From: Spirochaetia bacterium | Lineage (GTDB): Bacteria; Spirochaetota; Spirochaetia; SZUA-6; Bin103 | DNA length: 64,000 bases | NCBI GenBank assembly: GCA_965203905.1 | Contig: CBDBDQ010000005.1 | Span: 4,672,001-4,736,000, forward strand | Direction of reading: 5' to 3' | Shown: one piece after another, positions 50,245 through 60,060 of the stretch | Layout of the letters: the number at the start of each line of letters is the position of its first letter | Position numbering within the stretch: the stretch's first letter is position 1 | Notes under the pieces: model-generated | What the model was told of the DNA's origin: nothing | The model's input: the letters and a program-made list of their open reading frames with translations, nothing else | The model's database searches: none | Program-made: the position numbers and the translations under genes

Positions 50245-50492
50245 GCGACTACCCTCACTTCGTTCTCTGACCAATCTGACCAATTCAGGTCTACCTGGTC
50301 AAGCGCCTCTGTGTGGAGCGGCTCGGGCGTTCCGCCGAGGGGTTCGCGTTCCGGGGCTCGACCGGCTACCTGGGCCGCGGCGGACAGCCGCGCGAGTCGG
50401 ATGCGGTGCGCGACCTGGTGACGCGGGGCCTCGCCGGCCCCGATGACGACCCGCTCTACGTGGTCGCGATCGGGGCGATAACCGAACGTCGC
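50016..50492. repeat. Direct repeat A of the phd/promoter/nucleoside-hydrolase segment (partner 53598-54459)
   Basis: 50016-50317 matches 53598-53899 and 50314-50492 matches 54282-54459. 386 bp are missing in copy A at a TGGA microhomology. Confidence 0.9.
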
Positions 50493-50544
50493 GGCACCGC
50501 GAGCGGAACCGTGGGGACCAGCGCCGGATCGACATCGTGGCGGG

Positions 50545-51318
50545 CTATTCCGGCGTCACGTACGTCGTGGTGATCCCGCCATCGACCATCAGCTCTGAGC
50601 CGGTGATGTAGGACGAGTCGTCGGACGCCAGGAAGAGGGCCGCCCGGGCCATCTCCGCGGCCTCGCCAAAGCGCCCCATTGGCACGTGGACCAGCCTGCG
50701 GTTGCGCTTCTCGTCAGTGTCCAGGAAGTCCATCAGGAGCTTGGTGCGGAGGGGCCCCGGACAGAGGGAGTTGACCCGGATACTCTCCCGCGCATGCACG
50801 GCGGCCAACTCGCGGCTCAGCGCAACGACGCCGCCCTTGCTGGCGGTGTAGGCAAGCTGCGGGGTGGCCGCGCCCATGGAGGCAACAAAGGACCCGGTGT
50901 TGATGATGCTGCCGCCACCGGCGCGCCGGAGTGCGGGCACCTCGAACTTGCAGCCCAGATAGACGCCGGTGAGGTTGATGGCGAGGGTGCGCTGCCAGGT
51001 CTCCTCGCCGGTCGACTCGGCATCACCGTCGCCGTCGAGCATGACTCCCGCGTTGTTGAAGGCGATGTGGAGAGCGCCGAAGGTGTGCTCTGCGAACTCC
51101 ACCATTGCGCGGCAGTCCTGCATGCGGGAGACGTCGGCCGCCAAGAACCGGGCATGTCCGCCCGCTTCCCGCACCTGGCGCTCCGTCTCCCGGCCCGGCT
51201 CCTCGGCTACGTCCACAGCAACGACCTTGGCGCCTTCGCGGGTGAACAGCAGACACGTCTCGCGGCCTATGCCGCCGCCTGCGCCGGTGATCAGTGCAAC
51301 CTTCCCGTCCAGTCTCAA
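50545..51318 (-). CDS. Short-chain dehydrogenase/reductase
   Basis: TGAGGGIG, FNNAG, YTASKG, SYITG..L.VDGG. Confidence 0.95.
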   Translation of the reverse strand: MRLDGKVALITGAGGGIGRETCLLFTREGAKVVAVDVAEEPGRETERQVREAGGHARFLAADVSRMQDCRAMVEFAEHTFGALHIAFNNAGVMLDGDGDAESTGEETWQRTLAINLTGVYLGCKFEVPALRRAGGGSIINTGSFVASMGAATPQLAYTASKGGVVALSRELAAVHARESIRVNSLCPGPLRTKLLMDFLDTDEKRNRRLVHVPMGRFGEAAEMARAALFLASDDSSYITGSELMVDGGITTTYVTPE

Positions 51319-51399
51319 CGTGCATGCCCCCTATGGCGTGTGGCGTCTACCCCTTCACGGCACCGCCGATGATGATTTGGACGATGAACTTCTGCAAGA

Positions 51400-51690
51400 G
51401 GATGAATATGGCGATTGAGGGAAGCATGGCCAGAATACTGCCTCACCGGCAGTCTCGGCCAGGCGCGCCACACCAACCGAAATGGGCAGTAGTTTTCCCG
51501 TGGACAGGAACATATAGGGGATTACGAACTGTGACCACGAGTTTATGGTGTTGAAGAGTATGGCAGCGGCGATGCCCGGCATGGCAGGAGGAAGAATCAC
51601 CCGAATCAAAGTCTGCGGCCGGGAAGCTCCGTCTATCCGTGCGGCGTCATCAAGAGTCTTGGGTATCGAATCGAAAAATCCTTTCAACAG
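51400..51690 (-). pseudogene. C-terminal fragment of a carbohydrate ABC permease
   Basis: KGFFDSIPKTLDDAARIDGAS...IRVILP...PGI EAA motif with no N-terminus and a degraded tail. Confidence 0.7.
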
Positions 51691-51814
51691 CTAGGTGGTG
51701 AAGGGAATTTGCACGGTGATATAGACCAGAATGAGTGAGGAATTGGCGACTCGATTCGTCGGGTAAGTCAAGGCCGAACACGGCGTTGATGGCGGGCATC
51801 GAGCATACTCTTCG

Positions 51815-51971
51815 CAGCTCGCCGAGCTGGGCGCACGGCATCGTCCACCTGATAGAGGGCGATCGCCCCAACGCCGGCTGCTGGTACCGGCGCGCCGAGC
51901 GCGACCTGCCGGACGACGTGGAGATCGAAAGCGAGATAGTCGCGCTCGAGGCCGAGATCGCAGGCGGGTGA
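51815..51971 (+). pseudogene. Fragment of a conserved small hypothetical protein
   Basis: WAHGIVHLIEGD..NA..WYRRA motif. N-terminus appears to be missing. Confidence 0.45.
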
Positions 51972-51979
51972 CGGCGGGA

Positions 51980-52312
51980 TCAGGCCTGATCGGCGGGGAG
52001 CTCCACCACCGCCCGCCGTCCGAGCGCTCGTGCCCACTCGCGTACGAATCCGATCGTCGGATTGCCGGTGAAGCGCTCGGCTTGGGAAATGGCCTGCTGC
52101 GTGCAACCGAGCCGCTCCGCGAGCCGGCCTTGGGTGAACCCGGCGGACTCTCGCGCCTCACGCAGCAGATAGCCCGGCGGATCGGCTTCCCAGGGCGGGA
52201 CTCTTCCCCATCTGCGCAACGCCTTCCACTCTTCGTACGACCGAGGCTTGCGCCGGCTCAAGTGTGTCCGCGGCAACGCAGGACGCGCGCGCGGAGCCAC
52301 GTAAAACCTCAT
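51980..52312 (-). CDS. XRE-family HTH protein
   Basis: LREARESAGFTQGRLAERLGCTQQAISQAE...NPT. ATGA coupling to the upstream gene. Confidence 0.85.
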   Translation of the reverse strand: MRFYVAPRARPALPRTHLSRRKPRSYEEWKALRRWGRVPPWEADPPGYLLREARESAGFTQGRLAERLGCTQQAISQAERFTGNPTIGFVREWARALGRRAVVELPADQA

Positions 52313-52911
52313 GGGTTCGTGCGTGCCCATGTCTCCACCTCCGTGTGCGTCGGCTCTCGTGCGACGTGGGTTCGGGCGAAGGCCATGAGCGAGTCGAGCG
52401 CTGCTGACGCCTCGTTGCGTTCGGCAAGGGCGCGCAGTCGAGCAAGGTTCGGGCGGTGGTTTCCGCTCGACCACAACAGCCAGGCGTTGTAGCCATCGAC
52501 CTCCGATCGCCAGAGCTGCCATGCCGCGAGTCGGTCCACTATGAGTTCCTCCAGCCCGATCACCACGACCGATGTGGTTCCTACGCGAATTGTCGCGACA
52601 ACGTTCCCGCGATCCAGAGCGTCGTCGGGGAATTCGAGGAACAACCGGTGTCGCTCATGAATCCAGTGTCGACCACGGCGCTCGAATCCGGCCTCGCCCA
52701 TCCGCTTGGCGACTGCCGCCGTCACGACTCCTACGAAATCCAGATCGCCGGTTCGATATGCGCCACCGGTGTACAGCTCGACCGCACCACCCCCCACCAG
52801 GGTGGGCACGGCATCGTCGATCGAGAACAGCGATTGAACCCAAGCGGCCACGGCAGCCACTCGATCCGGCCCGTCAGGTTTCCTGGCGGCGGCATCCAGG
52901 CGCTCGCTCAC
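52309..52911 (-). CDS. Nucleotidyltransferase-fold protein (AbiEii/DUF6036-like)
   Basis: LVGGGAVELYTGGAYRTGDLDFV and EELIVDRLAA. Confidence 0.75.
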   Translation of the reverse strand: MSERLDAAARKPDGPDRVAAVAAWVQSLFSIDDAVPTLVGGGAVELYTGGAYRTGDLDFVGVVTAAVAKRMGEAGFERRGRHWIHERHRLFLEFPDDALDRGNVVATIRVGTTSVVVIGLEELIVDRLAAWQLWRSEVDGYNAWLLWSSGNHRPNLARLRALAERNEASAALDSLMAFARTHVAREPTHTEVETWARTNP

Positions 52912-53069
52912 AATACACGCATTGTACAGCGGGCAAGCGGGACCAGCAAGCGCATGCCCGCGTACGCCGCGTACGTAGCACACTTTGCGCAGGCCCGTAC
53001 CATGAACGCGCGATGGTACTCTACACCTGCTTGGCGCGATGATGGGCACCCAGACGACCCACACCGCCC

Positions 53070-53365
53070 TTCAGCCGGGGGTCGCAGGTCTCTGAGCGCA
53101 TCACCGAGCATATTCAGACTGTAGACCACGATGGTCAGGGCAAGACCGGGCCAGATGGCCAGCCACGGCGCCAACTCCATGAACCGGCGCCCGTCGTTGC
53201 TGAGCATGCCTCCCCAGGTGGCGACATTCGGGGGAAGACCGAAACCAAGGAAGCTCAGCGAACGTAGAACCCGACGCGAGCCTGCCCGATCATCCCGTAC
53301 GGTGTCGTGTCGCCCAGCCCCGCAAACAGCGTGTCGTTGATGCTCTCGTTGTCCAGCGCCAGCCG
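53070..53365 (-). pseudogene. Fused remnants of a peptide ABC operon (SBP fragment joined to permease C-terminus)
   Basis: LALDNESINDTLFAGLGDTTPYG resembles the SBP at 62391+. SLSFLGFGLPP..ATWGGMLS..GRRFME.AP.LAIWPGLAL...GDALRDL resembles the permease at 60061. Confidence 0.7.
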
Positions 53366-53556
53366 CAACGACCACGAAACTCACCGCCGCAGGTCTGATC
53401 AGGGTGAGGTGCGCCCAAATACGCAGCTTGCAGCGCCTGTGACCCACCATTACGACGTGGGCAGCGGCGCCTGGCACGAAAAATCACGGTCGCACCGCCG
53501 GCCCACGGCCCCTTCTTGCTCTCTGCAAACTCCAGCGCCGTCAACTCGGGACCAAA

Positions 53557-53826
53557 TCAAGCCAGCCGATCCCCTTGGTGAGGGAACCGGGTTAGACCGT
53601 CGGTCGGATAGAACAGCTCGTTGATCGCGGGATTCTCGTCGGTGAAGTCGTCGGGAACGACAATCCGACCGCGCAGCAGCCCGAGCCGGCGTTTGCCGCG
53701 CGGTTGGTGTTTGAAAAGATCCGCAATCGGGAGATTGTTCTTGGCGATGGTCACCGTCTCGCCGTGATACACCCTGTCGAGCAAGCTCGAAAGCTGTGCC
53801 TTGGCTTCGGACACGTTGACGATCAT
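53557..53826 (-). CDS. Phd/YefM antitoxin (copy B, orphan, altered C-terminus)
   Basis: Nearly identical to 50002-50244 up to PTD. No vapC downstream. Confidence 0.85.
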   Translation of the reverse strand: MIVNVSEAKAQLSSLLDRVYHGETVTIAKNNLPIADLFKHQPRGKRRLGLLRGRIVVPDDFTDENPAINELFYPTDGLTRFPHQGDRLA

Positions 53827-54022
53827 GCGACTACCCTCACTTCGTTCTCTGACCAATCTGACCAATTCAGGTCTATCTGGTCAAGCAATTCTGTGTGGAC
53901 GCGCCGGCCAGGAAGTCGGCCTGTGGTGAGATGCGGACCGAATACCGTCGGCTAACCGGTTCGCGGACTGCTCACTGTCGCCGGGCGCTGGTCGCTCGAC
54001 GAGGCCCACCGCGACCAGTAGG

Positions 54023-54955
54023 ATGCGGCTCAACATGCCCTGTTCCGAGATCTCCGATACCACCCGCCTCGAACGGCTGCGCCCGCCCGCCGGTCCCGTG
54101 CGCATGGTGCTGGACACCGATACCTACAACGAGACCGACGACCAGTTCGCGCTGGCGCATGCCATGCTCTCCCCGGAACGGCTCACCGTCGAGGCGGTCT
54201 ACGCGGCGCCGTTTCACAACGAGCGCTCCGACGGGCCGGGGCACGGCATGGAGCTGAGCTGCCAGGAGATCCTGCGCCTGCTGGAGCGGCTCGGGCGTTC
54301 CGCCGAGGGGTTCGCGTTCCGGGGCTCGACCGGCTACCTGGGCCGCGGCGGACAGCCGCGCGAGGCGGACGCAGTGCGCGACCTGGTCGCCCGCGGGCTC
54401 GCCGGCCGCGATGACGACCCGCTCTACGTGGTGGCGATCGGGGCGATAACCAACGTCGCCTCCGCGCTGCTGACCGAGCCGGCGCTGGCCGAGAAGATCG
54501 TGGTGGCGTGGCTGGGCGGCCACGCCCTGAGCTGGCCCGATACGCGCGAATTCAACCTGCGCCAGGACGTCCCCGCCGCCCGCGTCGTGCTCGACTGCGG
54601 CGTGCCGCTGGTGCTGGTGCCCTGCATGGGGGTGACCAGCCACCTGCACACCTCGGTCCCGGAGATCGACCGCCACGTGGCGCCGCACGGGGAGTTGGGC
54701 GCCCTCCTGGCGTCCCGGTTCAAGGAGATGCGCGACGATCACTTCGTCTGGTCGAAGGTGCTGTGGGACGTGGCCACCATCGCCTGGCTGCTCGACCCGG
54801 CCTGGGTGCCGACAGAGCTGGTGCCGAGCCCGGTGGTGACCGACCAGGTCACCTGGAGCGTCGACCGGCGCCGCCACCTGATCCGCTGCGCCAGCTTCGT
54901 CCACCGCGATCCGATCTTGCGCGACCTGTTCCGCAAACTCGCCGCCGCTGCCTAG
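54023..54955 (+). CDS. Inosine/uridine-preferring nucleoside hydrolase family protein
   Basis: VLDTDTYNETDDQFAL, AIGAITNVASAL, WLGG, EFNL.QD, WD. Confidence 0.92.
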   Translation: MRLNMPCSEISDTTRLERLRPPAGPVRMVLDTDTYNETDDQFALAHAMLSPERLTVEAVYAAPFHNERSDGPGHGMELSCQEILRLLERLGRSAEGFAFRGSTGYLGRGGQPREADAVRDLVARGLAGRDDDPLYVVAIGAITNVASALLTEPALAEKIVVAWLGGHALSWPDTREFNLRQDVPAARVVLDCGVPLVLVPCMGVTSHLHTSVPEIDRHVAPHGELGALLASRFKEMRDDHFVWSKVLWDVATIAWLLDPAWVPTELVPSPVVTDQVTWSVDRRRHLIRCASFVHRDPILRDLFRKLAAAA

Positions 54956-54975
54956 CAGCCCGTGGCGAAACTCCG
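54953..54975 (+). repeat. IS-terminus-like 23-bp motif fused to a TAG stop (copy 2)
   Basis: TAGCAGCCCGTGGCGAAACTCCG starts with the stop codon of the nucleoside hydrolase. Confidence 0.7.
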
Positions 54976-55732
54976 ACTGCATTCGAACGGCGCTGCATCC
55001 CGGCCGAGCAGCCCACGACGTCCTGTCGCGGGCCGGGAGCTACATGCCACCCGTGGCACCACGGATGGGGCCACGGGCGGAGGTCACCGCGTATCCGGCA
55101 TGGATCCGCGAGGGGTCCCGGTCGGCCGCGCACGCACAGGTCGGCGCGGCGGCGGCGAAGCTGAAGATTGCCAGCGCCGGGGTGATGGAGCGCATCCGAT
55201 GAACGAGTCCGGGGAGTCCGCGCCACAGTGCCGGGCAGACCGGTTGGCGGTGGCCGCAACGTCACAACCTCAGGTGGCAGCGGGCGCTGGCGAGCGGCCG
55301 GAACGGCCGGAGTCCGCGCATTGACATGGCCAGGCGAGCCTGTGACGATAGCGACTTCGAGCATCGAACGGATGCCGATGAAGCGCCATGATGACAGTCA
55401 GCGCAATGGCCGGTTGGCGGTGAAGCAGCCCGTGTACCCTATCCCCCCCACTTTTTTGGGAACCGAGAAACAACTAACCGCTCCCGCTCATCGCCCCGTA
55501 CGCGCCCCCGCGCACGCCGTCGCCCTTCCCGGCGACCGCAACGTCCCGGATCCCCACCCACTGACTGCCGGCAAAACCCATCCGGCGTTGCCGGCCACTC
55601 AGATTCGCTGCTTCGCCGACCACCACCCAGTGTGGGGTTGTGACGCTGGTGCCCACGTCCGCCGAGCGGTCGGTGCCGGCATCATGGGCGCACATACATC
55701 AATACACAAAGTCTAAAGTTTGGAGGATCGTC

Positions 55733-56629
55733 ATGGACCGATATCATTCTTTCATGCAGCGCTTACATCAGGGGGAACGGATATTGATTGATGGCGCTAC
55801 CGGTACCGAGATTGAACGGCGAGGTGTTCCCATGGTGGACAATGCATGGAATGGGGGCGGGGCCTTGACGCATCCTGATATCGTTCGCGGAGTCCATGAA
55901 GACTATATCCGTCATGGCGCACAGGTTGTGATATCGAACACCTTTTCAACTGCTCGTCACACTTTACAAGATGCTGGCATGGAGGAGCATTTTGAATTTC
56001 TTAACCGGCGAGGGGTAGAGCTTGCCCGCGAGGCCAGAGAGAACATGGATGCACCCAATGTTTTGGTAGCAGGAGGCATGAGCGTCATTTCTTTTACGAA
56101 CAATTTCCCGACCCGTGAGAAGCTGCGTATTAGTGCTAAAGAACAAGCCGCGATCATGGACGATGCAGGTGCAGACCTGATCATGTTGGAAATGATGATG
56201 GATCTGGAACGGATGCTGATTATGTTGGAATCAGGCCAACAGACAGAGTTGCCGGTGTGGGTCGGTTTTAGCTGCGAAGTCGATGAGGAAGGCGAGGTTC
56301 GTTTGCTGCAGGGCCCAAAACTGGCAGAAGGGCTTGAGGCGATACAAGATAAAAATGTGGGCCTTGTCAATATCATGCACACCGAGGTCGAAGATATTGA
56401 TGCTGCCTTAGATATTGTACAGTCTCATTGGGATGGCCCAATTGGGGTCTATGCTCATTCCGGAAAGTTCGTGGCCCCCAATTGGATATTCAATGACATC
56501 ATATCGCCAGAAGATTATTCCTCTGCCGCAAAGACTTGGATGGCGCGCGGGGTTCAAGTGATCGGGGGTTGTTGTGGTATTGGGAAAGAGCATATTGCCC
56601 GGTTAGAAGAAGCCGTAAAAAGCTACTAG
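55733..56629 (+). CDS. Homocysteine S-methyltransferase family protein
   Basis: RBS GGAGG, LIDGATGTEIERRG, H.DYI..GA.VVISNTF, VIGGCCGIG. Confidence 0.92.
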   Translation: MDRYHSFMQRLHQGERILIDGATGTEIERRGVPMVDNAWNGGGALTHPDIVRGVHEDYIRHGAQVVISNTFSTARHTLQDAGMEEHFEFLNRRGVELAREARENMDAPNVLVAGGMSVISFTNNFPTREKLRISAKEQAAIMDDAGADLIMLEMMMDLERMLIMLESGQQTELPVWVGFSCEVDEEGEVRLLQGPKLAEGLEAIQDKNVGLVNIMHTEVEDIDAALDIVQSHWDGPIGVYAHSGKFVAPNWIFNDIISPEDYSSAAKTWMARGVQVIGGCCGIGKEHIARLEEAVKSY

Positions 56630-56911
56630 GAAAATTCTTTGTTATAAGGGCGGTTCAAAAAATAACTGGTTTGTGGGCGTTGAACGAAATAGCTTGCATT
56701 GAGGAGTCGTTACGCTCTGACGCGGCAGGTAGTCTTGAGGAGTTCCGGCCTATCCGTGAATGCGCAGTGCGCCGACGACCATGTTCGGCTGCAGACGATC
56801 CCAAGACTGACCGGCAAGTGGGCTACATAGAGACGATATCCACGACCTCGCGCCGAGGGAGCGATTCGACGAGATGGTGATGGTCGGTTGATAGGTGAGG
56901 GCGCGGTGCCC

Positions 56912-57943
56912 TCACGGCCTCAACAACACTGCAAGATTCTTGCCGCTGTAAACGGAATCCACCGCCCGCTGGCACTCATCAAAAGAGATAATCTCTGAAA
57001 TCAACGGCTTAGGATCGATCTGCTTATGAAAGATCACATTGAAGGCGTCGGACATGCGGCCTCCCAGAATACCTACAACTTTTATCCGTTTTACCGTCCA
57101 CACCATCGGATTGACTTCCATTGGGCTGACAAATCCCGCGAGTACGATTGATCCGCCTCGTTTCACCATCGCGGTCGCATCGTTGAGCACTTTGCCGTCG
57201 CGTACACAGATCAGCACGGCATCGACTCCGCCTTCGGTGCGGGTCCACACCTCTTTCATGACATCGACTTCTTTTGCGTTTAACGCGATGTCGATTCCCA
57301 GTTCTTTCGCCTTATCCAGCCGTGATTGAACCAGGTCGACGATGAAAACCGGGGCGGCTCCAGCCGCCTTGGCCGCCATCGCTGCCAGAAGGCCTATTTT
57401 CCCGGCGCCGACGACCACCGCGGACCGGCCCGGCCTGATTTCAGCGGCGGCGATGGCGCCGTTTCCGGTGGAAAGAGGTTCCACGAACACCGCCTCTTCG
57501 TCCGGGATGTGATCCGGAACCTTTATCAATCCGTGGGGGGTTGACAAAAAATACTCGGCCATGCACTTATAATTTTCATACCCCCGGCCGGGCCGCCCGG
57601 GTGTAGTCGGATCGGGATCTCCGATCGGTATTGCCCTGTCACCTACCGACCATCCCGAAACACCATTGCCAATCTCGGCGACTTCAGCAATAAACTCGTG
57701 TCCCGGTATCGATCCTGGACGGGGACTAATCCCTGCCCCGGTAGGTAATGAAAAGGAATCCTTTAGGAAATCGGGCGTATCCTGATAGACAAGTTGGAAT
57801 GCGCCATCTAGGTATTCTAGATCGCTTCCGCAAATGCCGGCGTATCGCGTTTTCAATAGAATCCATCCAGGCTCCGGTTCCGGAATCGGGAGGTCCCTAC
57901 ACTCGATCTTTCTTTTTTCCCCCGTGGCCACGCATGCTTTCAT
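56912..57943 (-). CDS. Zn-dependent MDR dehydrogenase
   Basis: GICGSD, GHE, EP, GAGKIG. Confidence 0.92.
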   Translation of the reverse strand: MKACVATGEKRKIECRDLPIPEPEPGWILLKTRYAGICGSDLEYLDGAFQLVYQDTPDFLKDSFSLPTGAGISPRPGSIPGHEFIAEVAEIGNGVSGWSVGDRAIPIGDPDPTTPGRPGRGYENYKCMAEYFLSTPHGLIKVPDHIPDEEAVFVEPLSTGNGAIAAAEIRPGRSAVVVGAGKIGLLAAMAAKAAGAAPVFIVDLVQSRLDKAKELGIDIALNAKEVDVMKEVWTRTEGGVDAVLICVRDGKVLNDATAMVKRGGSIVLAGFVSPMEVNPMVWTVKRIKVVGILGGRMSDAFNVIFHKQIDPKPLISEIISFDECQRAVDSVYSGKNLAVLLRP

Positions 57944-58121
57944 CGACTCTTCCCCATTGATCACCTTATCGTTATTCCGCCGTCAACGTGCAGTGTCTGA
58001 CCGGTAATATTCTTTGCTTCGTCGGAGACCAAGAGAACCACCGCGCGCCCCATATCTCCGGCAGTTTGCTCTCAGCGCAATGGCGTGTGCGCCCACAACA
58101 CTTCCATTTCCTCATTGTGAT

Positions 58122-59795
58122 CTATTTGTCCGCTCTGACCATTGCGGAGTAGCCGCCGATAAACGGGGACATCGATTCATGATCCACTTCAACATTTATG
58201 ATCGATGGCTTGCCGTTCGCTACCGCCCGCCTAATAGCCGGGATGATGTCATTTGGATCTTTGACTGCTTCCCCGTGACCGTCCCACATCGAAACCATCT
58301 TCTCGTACGCCCGCATAGGCGCCAGTTCGGTATTCACCTGGCCTTTTTCGGGGTGATAGTGCTTATACTCCAGCCGAATCATACCCCAAGCAGAGTCGTT
58401 GGAAATCACGCACACACAGGGGATGCCAAGTTTTTCCATAGTGTCCATTTCCATAGCATAGAAGCCGAAACTACCGTCTCCGGTATACCACAGCACGGGT
58501 TTCCTATTTGCCGCCCATGCGCCCACCCCCAAACCGGGGCCGGTACCGATGATTCCGTTAGCGCCGGTACTGTGGATTTGGCCTGGTCGCGACGGCCTGA
58601 TTGCGTTTAGCGACCACACCACGGCTTCGCCACCGTCTAGTACTATATTCCAGTCACTACCTTCTTCTGCTACAAACTTCGCTACCTCAAAGGCGCATCT
58701 CGCCGGATGCATTGGTATGCCCTTCGAGTGGAACGCACCGGGCAAGCTTTCAGGCCATTTCTCTCCCGGCAACGTGACCCATGTACTTTCGACGGGTTCG
58801 CTCTTCTTGTTTTTTACCGCATCCAATATCTGGCTTCCAACAGGCCCAATGCCCCCGACAATGCCGAGGTCCGCCCGCAAATTGAAGCCGATCTTTCTGC
58901 TGTCGGTATGGACTTGAATGACTTTTGCGTCCGCCGGGATCTTCGATCCCTTGCTGTGTCTGAAATCAAACTCGCATCCCATTGCGAGAACCACGTCCGC
59001 ATGGGGTGTCGCGTTCATCTGAAGAAGTGGATTCTCCATTTCGTTGCCAAACAATCCAGGGCAGAGATTGCCCATAATGCAGTATCCAAGCGGCATTTTC
59101 AGATAGTCGGCAAGCTCGGATATCGAGGCCGCATGTTCACCTACACTGAATCTCGCGCCTTCATCTATCAGGATGGCCGGACGCTCGGCGTGAATAAGAA
59201 GTTCGGCCGCTTTCTCGACAAGCTTTGGATCACCGTGGGGAATCGCGTCGGTGCAGTAGTTCGAAGGAAAAACAATATCGTTTGCTTCTACCGTGTCGCG
59301 TAGCAGATCGGTCGGAAACTCGAGATATACCGGCCCTGGATTTCTAGAGTCGGTCGCATGCCGATACGCCATGGAGATATACTCGGGAATCCTCTCTTTC
59401 AGCGTGATCTTTTTGGCCCATCTCGTAACCGATTGCATGAGCTCAAAGGTGTCCATGTCCTGAAGGTCTCCGGTATCTCGAGCAGACATCTTTACGGCGC
59501 CGCCTAAATGAATGAGAGGTACGCCAATAGTATCCGCCTCCATCATTCCGGAAGTAGTGTTGCTCACCCCCGGCCCAGCGGTAGTTACTACAACCGAGGG
59601 CTTCCCCGTTGCCCTGGAATAGGCAATTGCGGCATATGCTGCCGCGCACTCATGACGCATGTCGATAGTCTCGATGCCGTTGTCGCGCATGCCAAAAAGA
59701 ATCGGCATGATGTGTCCGCCGCACAGAACAAACGCTTGCTCGATGCCGGCATTAGCCAAAGCTTTGCCAACCAAAAATCCGCCGTCAACGCGCAT
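58122..59795 (-). CDS. Thiamine diphosphate-dependent enzyme (acetolactate synthase / hydroxyacyl-CoA lyase-like)
   Basis: F.LCGGHI, RHE..AA, TAGPG, GDGSFGF...NDSAWG ThDP motif. Confidence 0.93.
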   Translation of the reverse strand: MRVDGGFLVGKALANAGIEQAFVLCGGHIMPILFGMRDNGIETIDMRHECAAAYAAIAYSRATGKPSVVVTTAGPGVSNTTSGMMEADTIGVPLIHLGGAVKMSARDTGDLQDMDTFELMQSVTRWAKKITLKERIPEYISMAYRHATDSRNPGPVYLEFPTDLLRDTVEANDIVFPSNYCTDAIPHGDPKLVEKAAELLIHAERPAILIDEGARFSVGEHAASISELADYLKMPLGYCIMGNLCPGLFGNEMENPLLQMNATPHADVVLAMGCEFDFRHSKGSKIPADAKVIQVHTDSRKIGFNLRADLGIVGGIGPVGSQILDAVKNKKSEPVESTWVTLPGEKWPESLPGAFHSKGIPMHPARCAFEVAKFVAEEGSDWNIVLDGGEAVVWSLNAIRPSRPGQIHSTGANGIIGTGPGLGVGAWAANRKPVLWYTGDGSFGFYAMEMDTMEKLGIPCVCVISNDSAWGMIRLEYKHYHPEKGQVNTELAPMRAYEKMVSMWDGHGEAVKDPNDIIPAIRRAVANGKPSIINVEVDHESMSPFIGGYSAMVRADK

Positions 59796-60060
59796 TGCGA
59801 TTCTCCTGCATCTTACTATTCAGGTACACGTTGTTGTGTCGCCGCAGCGTCTGGGGCATGGTAGCCCGCGAGTGGTACGAAATCAAGTGCACGCATTACC
59901 TCGGAGGTGGCTCTGGTCGGTTGCACAGTCCGGGGGTAGGTTAGAGTGTATTCCATTGGTTGTCAACCCGCCCCTCCCTCTCTTCCCTCAGCCCTGGCCA
60001 CCTACCAGCATAGGCAACTGCCCCCCTGGAAGGCGGTGTCCATTAAAGCCGTCGAAAAGC

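Noticed and set aside
55255-55650. Imperfect inverted repeat CGTCACAACC / GGTTGTGACG as MITE ends, or a riboswitch upstream of the methyltransferase
   Set aside because: Only about 10 bp match, there is no target duplication, and no SAM or cobalamin riboswitch consensus was recognised.
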